From Eledone cirrhosa (lineage: Eukaryota): a stretch of 64,000 nt of DNA. The notes under the pieces are model-generated. The model was not told where the DNA came from. It saw only the letters and a program-made list of their open reading frames with translations, and did no database searches. The stretch lies in NCBI GenBank assembly GCA_964016885.1, contig CAXHJY010001380.1:1-64000 (forward strand), read 5' to 3'. Below, piece after piece: positions 1 to 50,735 of this stretch; positions within the stretch are counted from its first letter, which is position 1; each line of letters begins with the position of its first letter. The position numbers and the translations under genes are program-made.

Positions 1-2480
<2,480 letters not shown>

Positions 2481-2829
2481 GGAGGCACATGGCTTAGTGG
2501 TTAGAGCATTGGCCTTGCAATCGAAAGGTTGTGAGTTCAATTCTCAGACCGGGTGATGTGTTGTTTCCTTGAGCAAGACACTTTATTTCACATTGCTCCA
2601 GTTTACTCAGCTGTAGAAATGAGATGATAGGGACTGGGGTCCCTATCATTCCACTGCATAGTGGTCGTGGAGGTGCCACGGCAAAAAATGCACCCAGCAC
2701 TCACTGTAAATGAGGTTGGTGTTAGGAAGGGCATCCAGCTGTAGAAATCAAGCCAGAATCAGTTCCCGTCCCACCCTTGCAAGCATGGAAAAAGTGGACA
2801 TAAAATGAAATGAAAAAAAAAATGATGAT
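2481..2829 (+). mobile_element. tRNA-derived SINE family A (CORE-like centre, RTE-type tail)
   Basis: A box TGGCTTAGTGG, B box GAGTTCAATTC, CCTTGAGCAAGACAC, tail matching the RTE 3' end at 7376-7438. Confidence 0.85.
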
Positions 2830-2873
2830 ATATATATATACATATATATATATATACATATTTTTTTTTTTTT

Positions 2874-3192
2874 CATCATTTTACGTCCACTTTTCACTGC
2901 TTGCAAGGGTGGGACGGGAACTGATTCTGGCTTGATTTCTACAGCTGGATACCCTTCCTAACACCAACCTCATTTACAGTGAGTGCTGGGTGCTTTTTTT
3001 GCCGTGGCACCTCCACGACCACTTTGCAGTGGAATGATAGGGACCCCAGTCCCTATCATCTCATTTCTACAGCTGAGTAATGTGAAATAAAGTGTCTTGC
3101 TCAAGGAAACAACACATCACCCGGTCTGAGAATTGAACTCACAACTTTTCGATTGCAAGCCCAATGCTCTAATCACTAAGCCATGTGCCTCC
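2874..3192 (-). mobile_element. SINE family A, inverted relative to 2481
   Basis: Near-identical reverse complement. Confidence 0.85.
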
Positions 3193-3356
3193 ATATATAT
3201 ACATATATATACATATATATATAAACATATATATATACATATATATGTATATACATATATATATATATACATATATATACATATATATACATATACATAT
3301 ATATACATATATATACATATATACATATATATGTATATACATATGTATATATATAC

Positions 3357-3387
<31 letters not shown>

Positions 3388-3604
3388 CATATATATACAT
3401 ATATATGTATATACATATATATATGTATATATATACATATATATATATACATATATATGTATATACATATATATATGTATATATATACATATATATATAT
3501 ACATATATGTATATACATATATATATACATATATATATATACATATATATGTATATACATATATACATATATACATATATACATATATACATATATATAT
3601 ATAC

Positions 3605-3673
<69 letters not shown>

Positions 3674-3929
3674 TATATACATATATATACATATATATAT
3701 ATACATATATATGTATATACATATACATATATACATATATATACATATATATGTATATACATATATATACATATATATGTATATTCATATATATACATAT
3801 ATATCCCACCCTCTCCTACCACTTGTAGAGACCTATAAATACCATATTTATTTTTTGATACCCAGATTCCTGATGATTTCTAATGAATGAAACAGTTCTA
3901 GTCCTGTAGAATCTCTTCTATATTAAAAC

Positions 3930-3971
<42 letters not shown>

Positions 3972-4040
3972 TATACATATATATGTATATACATATATAT
4001 ATACATATAAATATAGATATATATATATACATATATATAC

Positions 4041-4074
<34 letters not shown>

Positions 4075-4254
4075 GTATATACATATATATACATATATAT
4101 ACATATACATATATATATACATATATATACATATATATACATATACACATATATATATACATATATATACATATATATATATATATACATATATATACAT
4201 ATATATACATATACACATATATATACATATATATACATATATATATATATAAAT

Positions 4255-4301
<47 letters not shown>

Positions 4302-4304
4302 AAT

Positions 4305-4350
<46 letters not shown>

Positions 4351-4367
4351 GTATATACATATATATA

Positions 4368-4401
<34 letters not shown>

Positions 4402-4404
4402 AAT

Positions 4405-4450
<46 letters not shown>

Positions 4451-4548
4451 GTATATACATATATATACATACATATATATATATATATATGTATATACAT
4501 ATATATACATATATATATATACATATATATACATATATATATATACAC

Positions 4549-4579
<31 letters not shown>

Positions 4580-4620
4580 CATATATATATATACACATAT
4601 ACATATATACATATATATAC

Positions 4621-4669
<49 letters not shown>

Positions 4670-4706
4670 CATATATATACATATACATATATACATATAT
4701 ATATAT

Positions 4707-4755
<49 letters not shown>

Positions 4756-5221
4756 TATACATATACACATATATACATATATATATATATATAGATATAT
4801 ATACATATATATATACATATATACATATATATATAGAGATATATATACATATATATATACATATATACATATATATATAGAGATATATATACATATATAT
4901 ATATACATATATATATAGAGATATATATACATATATATATATACATATATATATATATACATAGAGATATATATACATATATATATATACATATATATAT
5001 AGAGATATATATACATATATATATATACATATATATATATATACATATATATATAGTATACATATATATATAGAGATATATATACATATATATATATACA
5101 TATATATATATATACATATATATATACATATAGATATATATTCATATAGATATATATACATACATATATATATACATACATATATATATACATACATATA
5201 TATATACATATATATATATAC

Positions 5222-5314
<93 letters not shown>

Positions 5315-5315
5315 C

Positions 5316-5378
<63 letters not shown>

Positions 5379-5410
5379 TACATATATACATATATATATA
5401 TATATACATA
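3193..5410. repeat. (TA)n-rich microsatellite with a ~125-bp unique island at 3805-3930
   Basis: Directly visible. Confidence 0.97.
3864..3914 (+). ncRNA. Type I hammerhead ribozyme
   Basis: Stem I AGATTC/GAATCT, CTGATGA, short stem II TTC/GAA, GAAA, stem III ACAG/CTGT, GTA cleavage triplet (cut after 3908). Confidence 0.7.
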
Positions 5411-5537
5411 TGTAGCAGGTTAGTTTTATTGTAGTACAATAAAGCAATGCAGATATCGGATAAGAAGCACTCTACAGTTTGTAGGACTGGAGTATATATA
5501 ATATATAAGAACAAAAGATGGTTAAAAGAGTTCCATG

Positions 5538-5608
5538 CATTTTATTATGCGCATTTCAAAAACAAATATCATCATGCAATAATATTTGTGTTTTCATCAG
5601 ATAAAACA
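5538..5608 (-). ncRNA. Minimal type I hammerhead ribozyme (inverted copy of 6778-6848)
   Basis: Near-exact reverse complement of the 6778 motif. Confidence 0.72.
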
Positions 5609-6777
5609 GGAAGACATGATATGAAGGTTAAAAAACACTTGTGGATAGTGCAGTTTTAAATCAATTCTTCTGCGTCTTCATACTTGAACAGTTCTCTATC
5701 CAAAATTTGCAATCTCTGTCTAAATGAAAAATTTACCATTATATCTAATTTAGATTCTATAATAAATAGACGCACTGACTTGTTTTCTATATGCTTGCAT
5801 AAATTCCACAAAACATTCCACAAAGTATACAGCTAATATTCTTTATCAATTTAGAATCTTTTTTTCAAAGGCACATATATATATACACTTCTTTAAAAAT
5901 ATACCCATCTTTTCTACCTTATTTCAAAGGTTATTATACATTCTATAATACTCGTTACTCATTCTATATCGCTCCTATTTATCACTTTCCTTTCTTCTCT
6001 TTTTCTTTTAATGTCTAACCCCTAATCTGTACCTTTTCTCACTCTTGCCTAACATAGAATCAATTATCACATAATACAATACATTCTTACTCTATATCTC
6101 CTTGTAAAAATCCTTCGTAAACAAACATTTTTTTGACATTAGATTATTCATCCTCAATTCATTATTTTTTTCTCCCTTTCATCTAACTCATTCATGCTCA
6201 TCTCACAATATATCCTTACTCAAATTACCTGTTATTCTTTTTAATAATACATATCAACATTTTATTTCCATCGCACATATTATTAAACCCTTAATATCAT
6301 TCTTAATACATATTAACTTTTTCTTTTCCATTGCACATGTTATTAAACCCTTAAATATTATTCTTAATACATATTAACATTTTCTTTTCATCGCACATAT
6401 TATTAAACCCCTCAATATACAAACCTTAACTTTACATTATTTTTCTCTTCGTTAATTTTCAAATTCTTTTAATTTATACATTATCTTCCAACAGTTTTCA
6501 ACCTCTCTATGTAAAGCAATATATCTTTCTCAGTTATAAAAGCTATCTCTCTCTCTCTATCACCCATCTCTCCTCCTATCTCATCCTTCCTCATTATACT
6601 CCTCCCTCTCCGCTTTTTACTCTCATCTCCTCCTCTTTTTCATCCTTTGCACCCCCCACCCCTCAAAATAAAAAAATTTTTTCCCAATATCACACATCAA
6701 TCTAAAACTACTTTTCATATGTTGATTTAAAACTGCACTATCCACAAGTGTTTTTTAACCTTCATATCATGTCTTCC

Positions 6778-6848
6778 TGTTTTATCTGATGAAAACACAA
6801 ATATTATTGCATGATGATATTTGTTTTTGAAATGCGCATAATAAAATA
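6778..6848 (+). ncRNA. Minimal type I hammerhead ribozyme (Penelope-associated)
   Basis: TTTTAT-CTGATGA-long stem II-GAAA-TGCGCA (palindrome)-TA-ATAAAA. Confidence 0.75.
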
Positions 6849-6919
6849 CATGGAACTCTTTTAACCATCTTTTGTTCTTATATATTATATATATACATAT
6901 ATATATATATATATACATA

Positions 6920-7438
6920 TAAGTTTAGGGAGCTGCTTCCTCTGTTGACGAAGAAGGGTTTCTCCCTGCGTACGAAAGGCCGGTTGTATGATGCCTGTGT
7001 GAGGAGCGCGATGCTGCATGGTAGTGAGACATGGGCAGCAACCGCAGAGGATATGCGACGGCTGGAGAGAAATGAGGCAAGCATGCTCCGTTGGATGTGC
7101 AGTGTAAATGTGCGTGAACGACCCAGCATAAATGTGTTGAGAGAGAAAATGTGTCTGAGAGGGATAGAATGTAGTGTACGGGAGAGGAGATTGAGGTGGT
7201 ATGGACATGTGATGCGCATGGAGGATGACCGATGGGTGAAGAAGTGCCAGGAAATGCCAGTTGAAGGAAGACGTGGTAGAGGTAGACCACGAAAAACATG
7301 GGCGGAGGTGGTGAGATCAGACCTCAGATCATTGAAGCTCACCGTGACGAGTGGAGAGATGCTGTGCTGAATAAGACCCGTCCCACCCTTGCAAGCAGGG
7401 AAAAGCGGATGTAAAATGATGATGATGATGATGATGAT
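6920..7438 (+). mobile_element. RTE-clade LINE 3' fragment with (GAT)n tail
   Basis: [20 protein letters not shown]...RRLRWYGHV...GRPRKTW. Confidence 0.9.
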
Positions 7439-8145
<707 letters not shown>

Positions 8146-8146
<1 letters not shown>

Positions 8147-9965
8147 AACTTTGAATAACTTTGAAATGTTTTGGCCAGTATTGGCCCAGGCCATGTCTAA
8201 CTTAATAGCACCACCTGGCGAAGTCTTTCAATTCAGGATTTGGGCACCATGGCCCATTCGAGAAGAGAATTACTGTTTGCGGAGACATATCCGGGTGTGG
8301 GTGGTTTGTCCGGGATTACTTGGAGGAATTTGTCCAAAGACTTCTTGAATTTTGTGTGGTCAGTTTCTGTTTTGACGTGTCCTGGTGTGATGTTGAAGAG
8401 AGCAGGGCCGATTGAGGTGAAATAATTGTGCCGTATTGTTGTTATGAGTTGCGATTTAGATTTTTGAATGGGACGGATAGCACGGGGCCCAAGCCTTGGG
8501 TGTATCTTGAAGGCGATGCCAACATCATTTGGGCAGTGATGATGGAACATTTTCCACATCATGCAGATAATATAACGCTCACGGCGACGTTGGAGTGAGT
8601 AAAGTTTCAGGTTTTCTAATCGACCCCAGTAGTCAAGGTCTGACATGCCATCTATCTTTTTCGTGATTGCCCTTTGAGGAGCTTCAAGTTTCATGATACT
8701 TTGTTTCGTGTGGGGAGACCACAGTGGACAACAGTATTCAAGGTGTGGTCGGGCGAAAGTAGAGAAGAGAAGGATAATGGTGCGGGAATCTCTCGACTGG
8801 AAGGTTCTGAGGATCCAGGAACACATTCTGCGGGCCATGTCAACTTTGCTGCTTATATGCGTGGTCCAGCTTATGTTGCTGTCCACGGTTACTCCCAAGT
8901 CTCTGATGTTGTTAGATGCCACGAGAGTTTCCCCGGAGGGAAGGGAGTACGGGAGTTTCAGAGCATCCTCTTTTCCAAAGTGGATCAGTTCGAATTTGTC
9001 TTCGTTCAGTAACATGTTGTTCTTTTCTGCCCATTGGGTAACAGCCAGTAGGTCTGACTGAAGGCTTATCCGGTCATCCACGCCATTGATGACCTTTTGG
9101 AGCTTGGAATCATCAGCGGAAATTTTAATGTTGCTGTGTTTGATGATGTCAGTGATGTCATTAATATAGATGATGAAGAGAAGTGGGCCCAACACAGTGC
9201 CTTGTGGGACCCCACTACTGACTTTGGCTGGGCTTGATTTGACTCCCTCAACTACAACATGTTGGGTTCTGTTTGACAGGAAGCTCTTGATCCACTGCAG
9301 CAGCTTTCCAGTGACACCAATATTGGACAGCTTTCTCAGTAGAATGTTATGATCAACCCTGTCAAAGGCCTTGCTGAAATCAAGGTAGATAACATCAGTG
9401 TTGGAACCCTCTCCCAAGGCTCTCAAAATGTCATCAAAGTGATGCAGTAGCTGCGTCAGGCAATCCCTTCCATTACGGAATCCATGCTGGTTGGAGTTCA
9501 GCATATTGTTACTCTCAAGGAAGTGGGTCATTCGCGATATCACCACTCGCTCAAATACCTTAATGATATGAGAGGTGAGTGAGATTGGACGGTAATTCAC
9601 GGCAAGGGATTTGTTTCCCTTTTTGAAAACTGGGACAACAGACTGGGATAGAAGGTTTTCTGGCACATATCCAGCATCCAGTGAGTTCCGCCACAGATTG
9701 GCAAGAGGAGATGCAAGTTGGTGTTGACACGCCTTCAAGACACAAGCAGGGAACCTATCGGGACCTACTGCTGAATTATGCTTGATTTCCTTTATTGCCG
9801 CCAAGACATCAGGGGCGCCAAACGTTATGTCCGATAAGGTGTAATGGGGGGTAACATCGCCGATACAGCCCAGATCGGCCATATCAGGATTGCTGAAAAC
9901 AGAGCAGTATTGTTTCTGCAGTATCTCACCCATGATTTTAGCATTGTCTTGAAGAGTGCCATTAC
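8146..9965 (-). mobile_element. CR1/L2-group LINE, 5'-truncated, RT region open
   Basis: [43 protein letters not shown]. Short tandem 3' tail TTCAAAGTTA. Flanked by TA arrays. Confidence 0.9.
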
Positions 9966-9988
9966 ATATATGTATATATGTATATATG

Positions 9989-10080
<92 letters not shown>

Positions 10081-10163
10081 CATATATACATATATATATA
10101 TACATATATACATATATATATATACATATATACATATATATATATATATACATATATACATAT

Positions 10164-10196
<33 letters not shown>

Positions 10197-10224
10197 TATA
10201 TATACATATATACATATATATACA

Positions 10225-12728
10225 TACTCTTTTACTCTTTTACCTGTTTCAGCCATCCGGCTGAGGCCATGCTGGGCACCGCCCTTGTTGCTACACATTT
10301 TATCTCCAGCCTGTATAGGTTGGCCACTGGTGTAAGAGGGAGTTTGTTGCTGCTGCCCTTAGGTTTCCCTCGTGTCTTGCTGTAGGCTCATCCGGGATCC
10401 TGGATAACAAGGTGTCGAGATGTTTCTTAAAGACATCCACTTCCACGTCATGCAAGTCTCTCAGATGCCTCGGCAGCCTGTTGAAGAGTTGAGGGCCTTG
10501 AATCCTAGGCTATTGCAATACCTGCTCCTTATTGTAGATGTGGAAGACGGGACCTTTGGCACCACACAGTGACGTCCTGTTCGACAGTTGGTCCAGCTCC
10601 CAATGCCAAAGTTTGGTGCTAGTCCCTCCAGGATTTTCCACATGTAGATTACTGCGCATCTCTCCCGTCTTCGCTCCAAGGAGTAGAGGTTCAGTTCCTT
10701 CAGCCTCTCCAGTAGCTTATCTCCCTCATCTTGGCAATCCTCTTGGTGTAGCTTCGCTGGATTGCTTCAAGCTCCGTGGTTAGTTTGACACTATGGGGTG
10801 ACCACAACTGGGAGCAGTAGTCCAGGCGGCTTAGGACAAAAGTCCTCCACAGTGTCAACATGGTGTCTCGATCTCTTGTAGGAAAGTCCTCAAGATCCAG
10901 CCAGCGAATCGTCTACATGCTGTCGCCACCTTCATGATGTGTGAAGAAAAAGATGCATCATCGCTCATGTCTATGCCCAGGTCTCGTATCGATTTTGACA
11001 CGGGGATATCGGTCCCTCCTGGTCCTGTGTAGCTGTGTTCCACTATATTTTATGTTTGCAAGTTTGTATTGTAGGGCTTGGAATTTGCCAGCATTAAACT
11101 GCATGTTGTTTTCTTCCGCCCATCTGTATATGGCATCCAGATCCTGCTGTAAAAGGGCAGCGTCAGCCGGGTTTTTGATTGCCTGTGCTACCTTAGTGTA
11201 ATCAGCATAGCTAGTGAGGGATGTTGTTGCATGCACCACAGAGGGCATGTCCGAGAGAGCCACCAAAAACAGTAGTGGTCCAGGACTGTCCCCTGGAGCA
11301 CCCCACTTGTTATCGGTGTTTCCCTCGAGAGGGCCCCATTTGCTGCGACTGCCTGGCTTCTGTCCCTTAGGAAGCCATGCAGCCACTCACCTACTTTCCA
11401 GTTATGCCGAGTCCGGTAGTTTGTGACATATCATTCCGTGGTCGACCTTGTCAAAGGCCTTCGCAAAGTCAAGATATATCACGTCCACATGTGAGCTGTC
11501 TAGTAGTTGTCTCAGTACCCAGTCGTAGTGATGTAGCAGCTGTGTAAGGCAGCTTCTTCCTGGGCGGAAGCCATGTTGCGTGCTAGTCAGGCGGTCATTT
11601 TCTTCGAGGAAAGTGATTAGTTTCTTTCTGACGACTCGCTCCATGACCTTACTGATATGCGACGTCAGGGAGACTGGCCTATAGTTCTTGGCCTCCGCTC
11701 TACTACCTCCTTTATGGATAGGGCATATTGTGCCTTCTTTCAGCTCCCTGGGTAGTACACCGCTAGCCAAGGAGCTTCGAAGAGCATCTTCAGTGGAGTT
11801 GCTAAGGCCCGCTTACATATTTTTAAGAAAACTGCTGGGAATCCATCAGGTCCAGCAGCCGAGTCTGTTCTAATTTCATCAATGGCGTACACCACATCCT
11901 CCTCCGTTATGTCTATGTGGTTGATGGTTGCCATTTCTTGATGTAGTGTTGTGGCATCAAAGAACTCCTCTGGCTTCGTTATTTGCATGTGCCTCAGTGG
12001 ACATGTGAAGACACTTTTGTACTGTTCGTTCAGTATTTCACATATCTCTTGGGGTTTTTCGGTTAATCAACCGTCCGTGTGGAAGAGTGGCCCAATCTTG
12101 CAGTGTACTGAGGCAGTTTCTTTTGCAAATTTAAAGAAGGCCTTAGGGTTTGTTTTAATGTTTTCTATGGCCCTGTTCTCTTTCTTTGCCCTCTCATTCT
12201 CATGTGAAAGTTTGAGTGCAATCTCGGTGTCAAGTAGTGTACGTTTCAAATAGGATTCCTTCTTGTTTTTGTTTTGTTGACTATTCAACTGTTTTGAGAG
12301 TTTAGTTCTACGTCTCATAAGGATTTTCCTATCTCTGGGAATAAGATTTTTGTGTCTGTTTGCCTCTTTCTCCGGGACAAACTTTTTGTCATGAAGTGTT
12401 GAAATTGTGTGTTAGTGTCTTGTGTGGCGGTGTTTTCACTCCATGTTTGCTTCCGGATTTCACTCTTAATCTTTTTCCTGTTAGCCTTGTAGAAGTTAAG
12501 GCTGGATAGCGTCCCGGAGCTTCTTGGTGGCCCTGTCTCTGTTGGTTCTCTTGGACCACATATCATTAGCTCTACAAAGTTATGATCCGAGAGAATTGTT
12601 GGTGTCACCTTTACATTGTGGATGAGCACTTCGTTGTTTGTAAAACAGAGGTCCAGGACATTTTCGCCTCTTGTTGGGAGGAGTATTGCTTGCTCCATGA
12701 ACAGCCTGTGTGTGAGGGCCAGCAGGGA

Positions 12729-12730
<2 letters not shown>
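10225..12730 (-). mobile_element. CR1/L2-group LINE, degenerate (frameshifted endonuclease C-term + RT)
   Basis: LDLCFTN..SDH, YRPVSLTSH, YLDFAKAFDKV, YADY. Tail GTAAAAGAGTAAAAGAGTA. Confidence 0.9.
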
Positions 12731-15578
<2,848 letters not shown>

Positions 15579-15619
15579 ATACAAGATAATATAAAGTAAT
15601 ATATATGATAAACACAGAT

Positions 15620-15940
15620 ACCGTTCTGAAGGCGTCAGATCGTCGATCATGTGTTTTCCTCTCTGATGTTGCTTCATAGTCGAATCCTGAATCTTCCAAT
15701 TCCTTTCTGACGCTGAGAAAGTCTGAAATTTCCTTATTTGTCCTCTTGGCACAGATTCCAAGAACTCCGTGTCTCTTCCACAAATTTGGAGGTTCAAAAT
15801 TATTCATAATCAATTATACAGAAAATAAATAATGGAAATATAGTCACTGTTTTTATGAAGACAAGAGTGACAATGGAAGTAAAAAAAATTTGCATAAAAC
15901 TAGCAGTTGAAAATTGCGAACAAATATCGTCCACACCCTG
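15620..15940 (-). mobile_element. Tc1/mariner-superfamily 5' fragment
   Basis: TA-CAGGGTGTGGAC end at 15940. HTH-like peptide '[25 protein letters not shown]'. Confidence 0.55.
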
Positions 15941-15952
15941 TATGTGTATATA

Positions 15953-16653
15953 TACTCTTTTACCTGTTCCAGCGATCCGGCTGAGGCCATGCTGGGGCAC
16001 TGCCCTTGTTGCTACACATTTTATCTCCAGCCGGTTGGCCACTGGTGTAAGAGGGAGTTTGTTGCTGCTGCCCTTAGGTTTCCCTCATGCCTTGCTGTGG
16101 GTTCATCCGGGATCCTGGATAGCAAGGTGTCGAGATGTTTCTTGAAGACATCCACCTCTACACCATGCTGATCTCTCAGATCCCTCGGCAGCTTGTTGAA
16201 GAGTTGAGGCTCCTTGAATCCCAGGCTATTACAGTATCTGCTCCTTATTCTAGATGTGGCAGACGAGACCTTTGGCACCACACAGTGATGTCCTGTTCGA
16301 CGGTTGGTCCAGCTCCCAATGCCAAAATTTAGTGCTAGTCCCTCCAGGATTTTCCACATGTAGATCACTGCGTATCTTTCCCGTCTTTGTTTTAAGGAGT
16401 AGAGGTTCAGTTCTTTTAGCCTCTCCCAGTAGCTTATCTCCTTCATCGTGGCAATCCTCTTGATGTAGCTTCGCTGGATTGCCTCAAGCTCCGTGGTTAG
16501 TTTGACACTATGGGGTGACCACAACTGGGAGCAATAGTCCAGGCGACTCAGGACAAATGTCCTCCATAGTGTCAACATGGTGCCACGGTCTCTTGTCCGG
16601 AAAGTCCTCAATAGCCAGCCAGCAAGTCGTCTGCACATTGTTGCTACTTTCAT
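15953..16653 (-). mobile_element. 3' fragment of the same LINE family as 10225-12730
   Basis: High identity to 10233-10935, same tail. Confidence 0.88.
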
Positions 16654-16863
16654 ATATACATATATACATCATCAGCATCATCTTGATTTAACGTCTATCT
16701 TTCACGTTAGCATGGGTTAGACAAAACATACATACATACATACATGCATACATACATATATATATACATATATACAAATACACAAACCTACATACATATA
16801 CACATGCATATATACATTATATATATATATACATACATATTTACATATATGCATATATATATA

Positions 16864-17050
16864 CGAGGTTTGTCCCAAAAGTAAGGGTACTGATTTTCAT
16901 ATGTACAACATGGTAAGGGAGCAGCTCGATATATATAGGTGTTTTGGTTATGATCTTGGCTGTATGTACACACTTGTTTCAACATGATCAATTGAGTTAT
17001 TTCATAGAACCAGAGCTGGTTCTGGTTGGGTTGGTAACTAAAGGGTTAAT
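16864..17050 (+). mobile_element. Possible mariner-type end fragment
   Basis: TA-CGAGGTTTGTCCCAAAAGTAA resembles a mariner TIR. Partner end not found. Confidence 0.35.
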
Positions 17051-17294
17051 TGTTACTGACTCCTTCACCAAATCCATATAATATATACATGCACAATTGC
17101 ACAAACACACTCAAACTCTTTTTATCTCTTTATCTCTCAATCAATTGCCATCTCCTTTCTTCTCCTTCAAAATGATATAAAACAGGTGTTTAATTCCAGG
17201 TTAATCCTGATTGAACAGACATAGTTAAAAGTATTCCAGCTGTGACTTTTTATACATCAAGTACCATAATTACCTAATGTGAAATTATCTTATT

Positions 17295-17478
17295 TAAGAT
17301 GGTAGAAGTCCCAAAGGTAGACTCCAAACAAGATGGTTGGATAACATCCATGAGCTCGGCTAGTCTCACTTAGGGGGATCAGTTGGAGACAGTTGCTTCT
17401 GACAGGACCCGTTGGAAGGAGTGTTTGAGGACTCTGCCCCACGAACCTCTCAGGAATAAATGGGTAAAGAAGAAGAAG
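17295..17478 (+). mobile_element. Probable degenerate RTE 3' end
   Basis: GR..TRWLDNI and DRTRWK-like peptides followed by a (GAA)n tail. Confidence 0.4.
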
Positions 17479-17572
17479 GGAGTCTGACATGAAGATTTGT
17501 TTGCAAGTCAAGTGACCATATAGAGGTAACATTGATGGCTCATAAAAATGTTTTAATAGATATCTTTCTTAC

Positions 17573-48886
<31,314 letters not shown>

Positions 48887-49549
48887 CTGAAGAGAAGAGA
48901 TTACATTATTTCAATATTATTATCCTGACACCTTAGACCTACACATTCCCTAGTTTTAGGAAGGACTGGCTTAAACTTACACACACCCTAGTTCTAGGGA
49001 GAACCATCTTAAGCTTACACATCCCATAATCTTAGCAAGGACAACTATCTTGTAAACTCAACTAGTTTCAAGGAGAATTATCTTAAAGTGTATACACTCC
49101 ATAATCTTAGCAAGGACTTGCATAATGTTGTACACTCCCTAGTTTCAGGGACAACCACCTTAAGCTTACATGCCCCATAATCTCAGGAAGGACAACTATC
49201 TTAACCTTGTGCACCCCCTAGTTTCAGCTGACATCTAAATCTAAAACACTCGAGAATTGAAGAGTTATTGTTGACAAAAGATGCAATGGAAAGGTTCATC
49301 TCAACACAATATTGATTAACTGTCTGTCTAAGATGAGATGTTAATAAGATTATAATATTCCAGGCTGTCTCATCTATAGAGAGATCAGTGGCTGACTGGA
49401 TAGGAATGTTATTACTCTTAGTTAAGAAATAAAACATTCATGTTTCAAGTCTAACACTGCTTCCAAATCCAGCAAAGTAACAAGGGATGAAAATCAGATA
49501 TAAAACAACTTGAAATGTAGAGTAAATGTTAATATTCATCATCATTTAA

Positions 49550-49746
49550 CCCTTTAGCATTTAAACCAACCATATCCGGCCAGAATTCTCTCACCTCTTC
49601 CTGTTCAAACCGACTGCTCATACTGACGTTAAGACATTGTTCTCAAAATAAATAACATCAAAATATTATGTGAGATAATTATGTGAGATAAAGCATTTTC
49701 CAGAAAAATATAATAGTATATATAGAGTAATGTAAATGGTAATGGG
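49550..49746 (+). mobile_element. piggyBac-type MITE, orientation A
   Basis: Same family. Confidence 0.75.
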
Positions 49747-50666
49747 TTCATGTCCGTTTTTCCTGCTAGCAGGGTTTGGACAGGTCTATGTAGGCCAGAG
49801 ATCTGTGTCCCGCTTATGTACAGTCTCACGTTCTGTTTTTAAATGTGAGTTTAATATTTTGAAAAATTATAATCTTACAAATAAAAATGATGCATGTAAA
49901 ATATACTCATACAAGAAATAGATTTGATTTCAATGCTCTAAACCAACAAACTACATAGATGTAGTTTACAGTGTTAACTTATCCTAGATATAACACAAAA
50001 AGCATTTTAAGGACTCTTTGCTAAAGCAGGAGTTACCATGACATCTATACTCAACCCTGTCCTCTTTACTCACTCTTTCATCTCCACCATCATTGTTAGC
50101 TATGTCTTTATTGGTTTTCTCTTTCTTTCACTTCTTTTCACATTCCTTTTCATCCTTCCTCAATACATGATTCAGCCATCTCATTTCATTTTACAACATC
50201 CAATCACTTCTTCCATCTCACTCTAGTCATTGTCACCATGTCTGATTCACCTCCTCCATGTTTTCACACCATTCCCAAGATCCTGTTCAACATCCCCTCC
50301 ATACACTTTCTTCTAATTATTTCCACTCACAACAAAGTACATAACTTCATGAACATTTTAAGCATTTGAAGGTGTGCATGAGTGCTTTTTTTAAAGCAAA
50401 TTATTTCCCACAAGAGGCCAGCCAACAAAGAAAGCAGTATAAGTGTTAATACTTTTTGGTGAAGATTTGGGGTGAAGATTTAAACTTAGAAGCATCCCTC
50501 TAAACACACTTTACACTTGATATAATGCATGGAAGGGAAATTCATCAGTGGTTCCTCACTTAATACAGAATGGAACTCACCGACAGTCTAGAATACTGAA
50601 TGAAGCAGACCTGAACACTAACAACATCAACATGTAACAGAAGTGAATAACAAGCAAAGAACTTAC

Positions 50667-50735
50667 TTTAACCTCCTGAGAAGTCCATGATAGGGTTGGA
50701 ACTACCCTTATATTGTGAGAGATAGGTTCAGACAT
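50667..50735 (-). CDS. Candidate first coding exon of formin (MSEPISHNIRVVPTLSWTSQEVK)
   Basis: ATG at 50735 with an upstream in-frame stop, 23 open codons, then an AAA|GTAAGT donor in phase 0 matching the phase-0 acceptor at 48886. Possible acceptor tttttgtag at 50797. No homology support. Confidence 0.4.

Larger units (their letters stand above)
5493..6895 (+). mobile_element. Penelope-like 3' fragment with inverted terminal copy
   Basis: ~5660-5836 encodes 'KICNLCLNEKF..INRRTDLFSICLHK' (Penelope C-terminus). 5493-5664 is the reverse complement of 6722-6895, and both carry hammerheads. Confidence 0.75.

Noticed and set aside
2481-2552. tRNA gene
   Set aside because: A/B boxes are present but continue into a SINE body; no proper acceptor stem or terminator.
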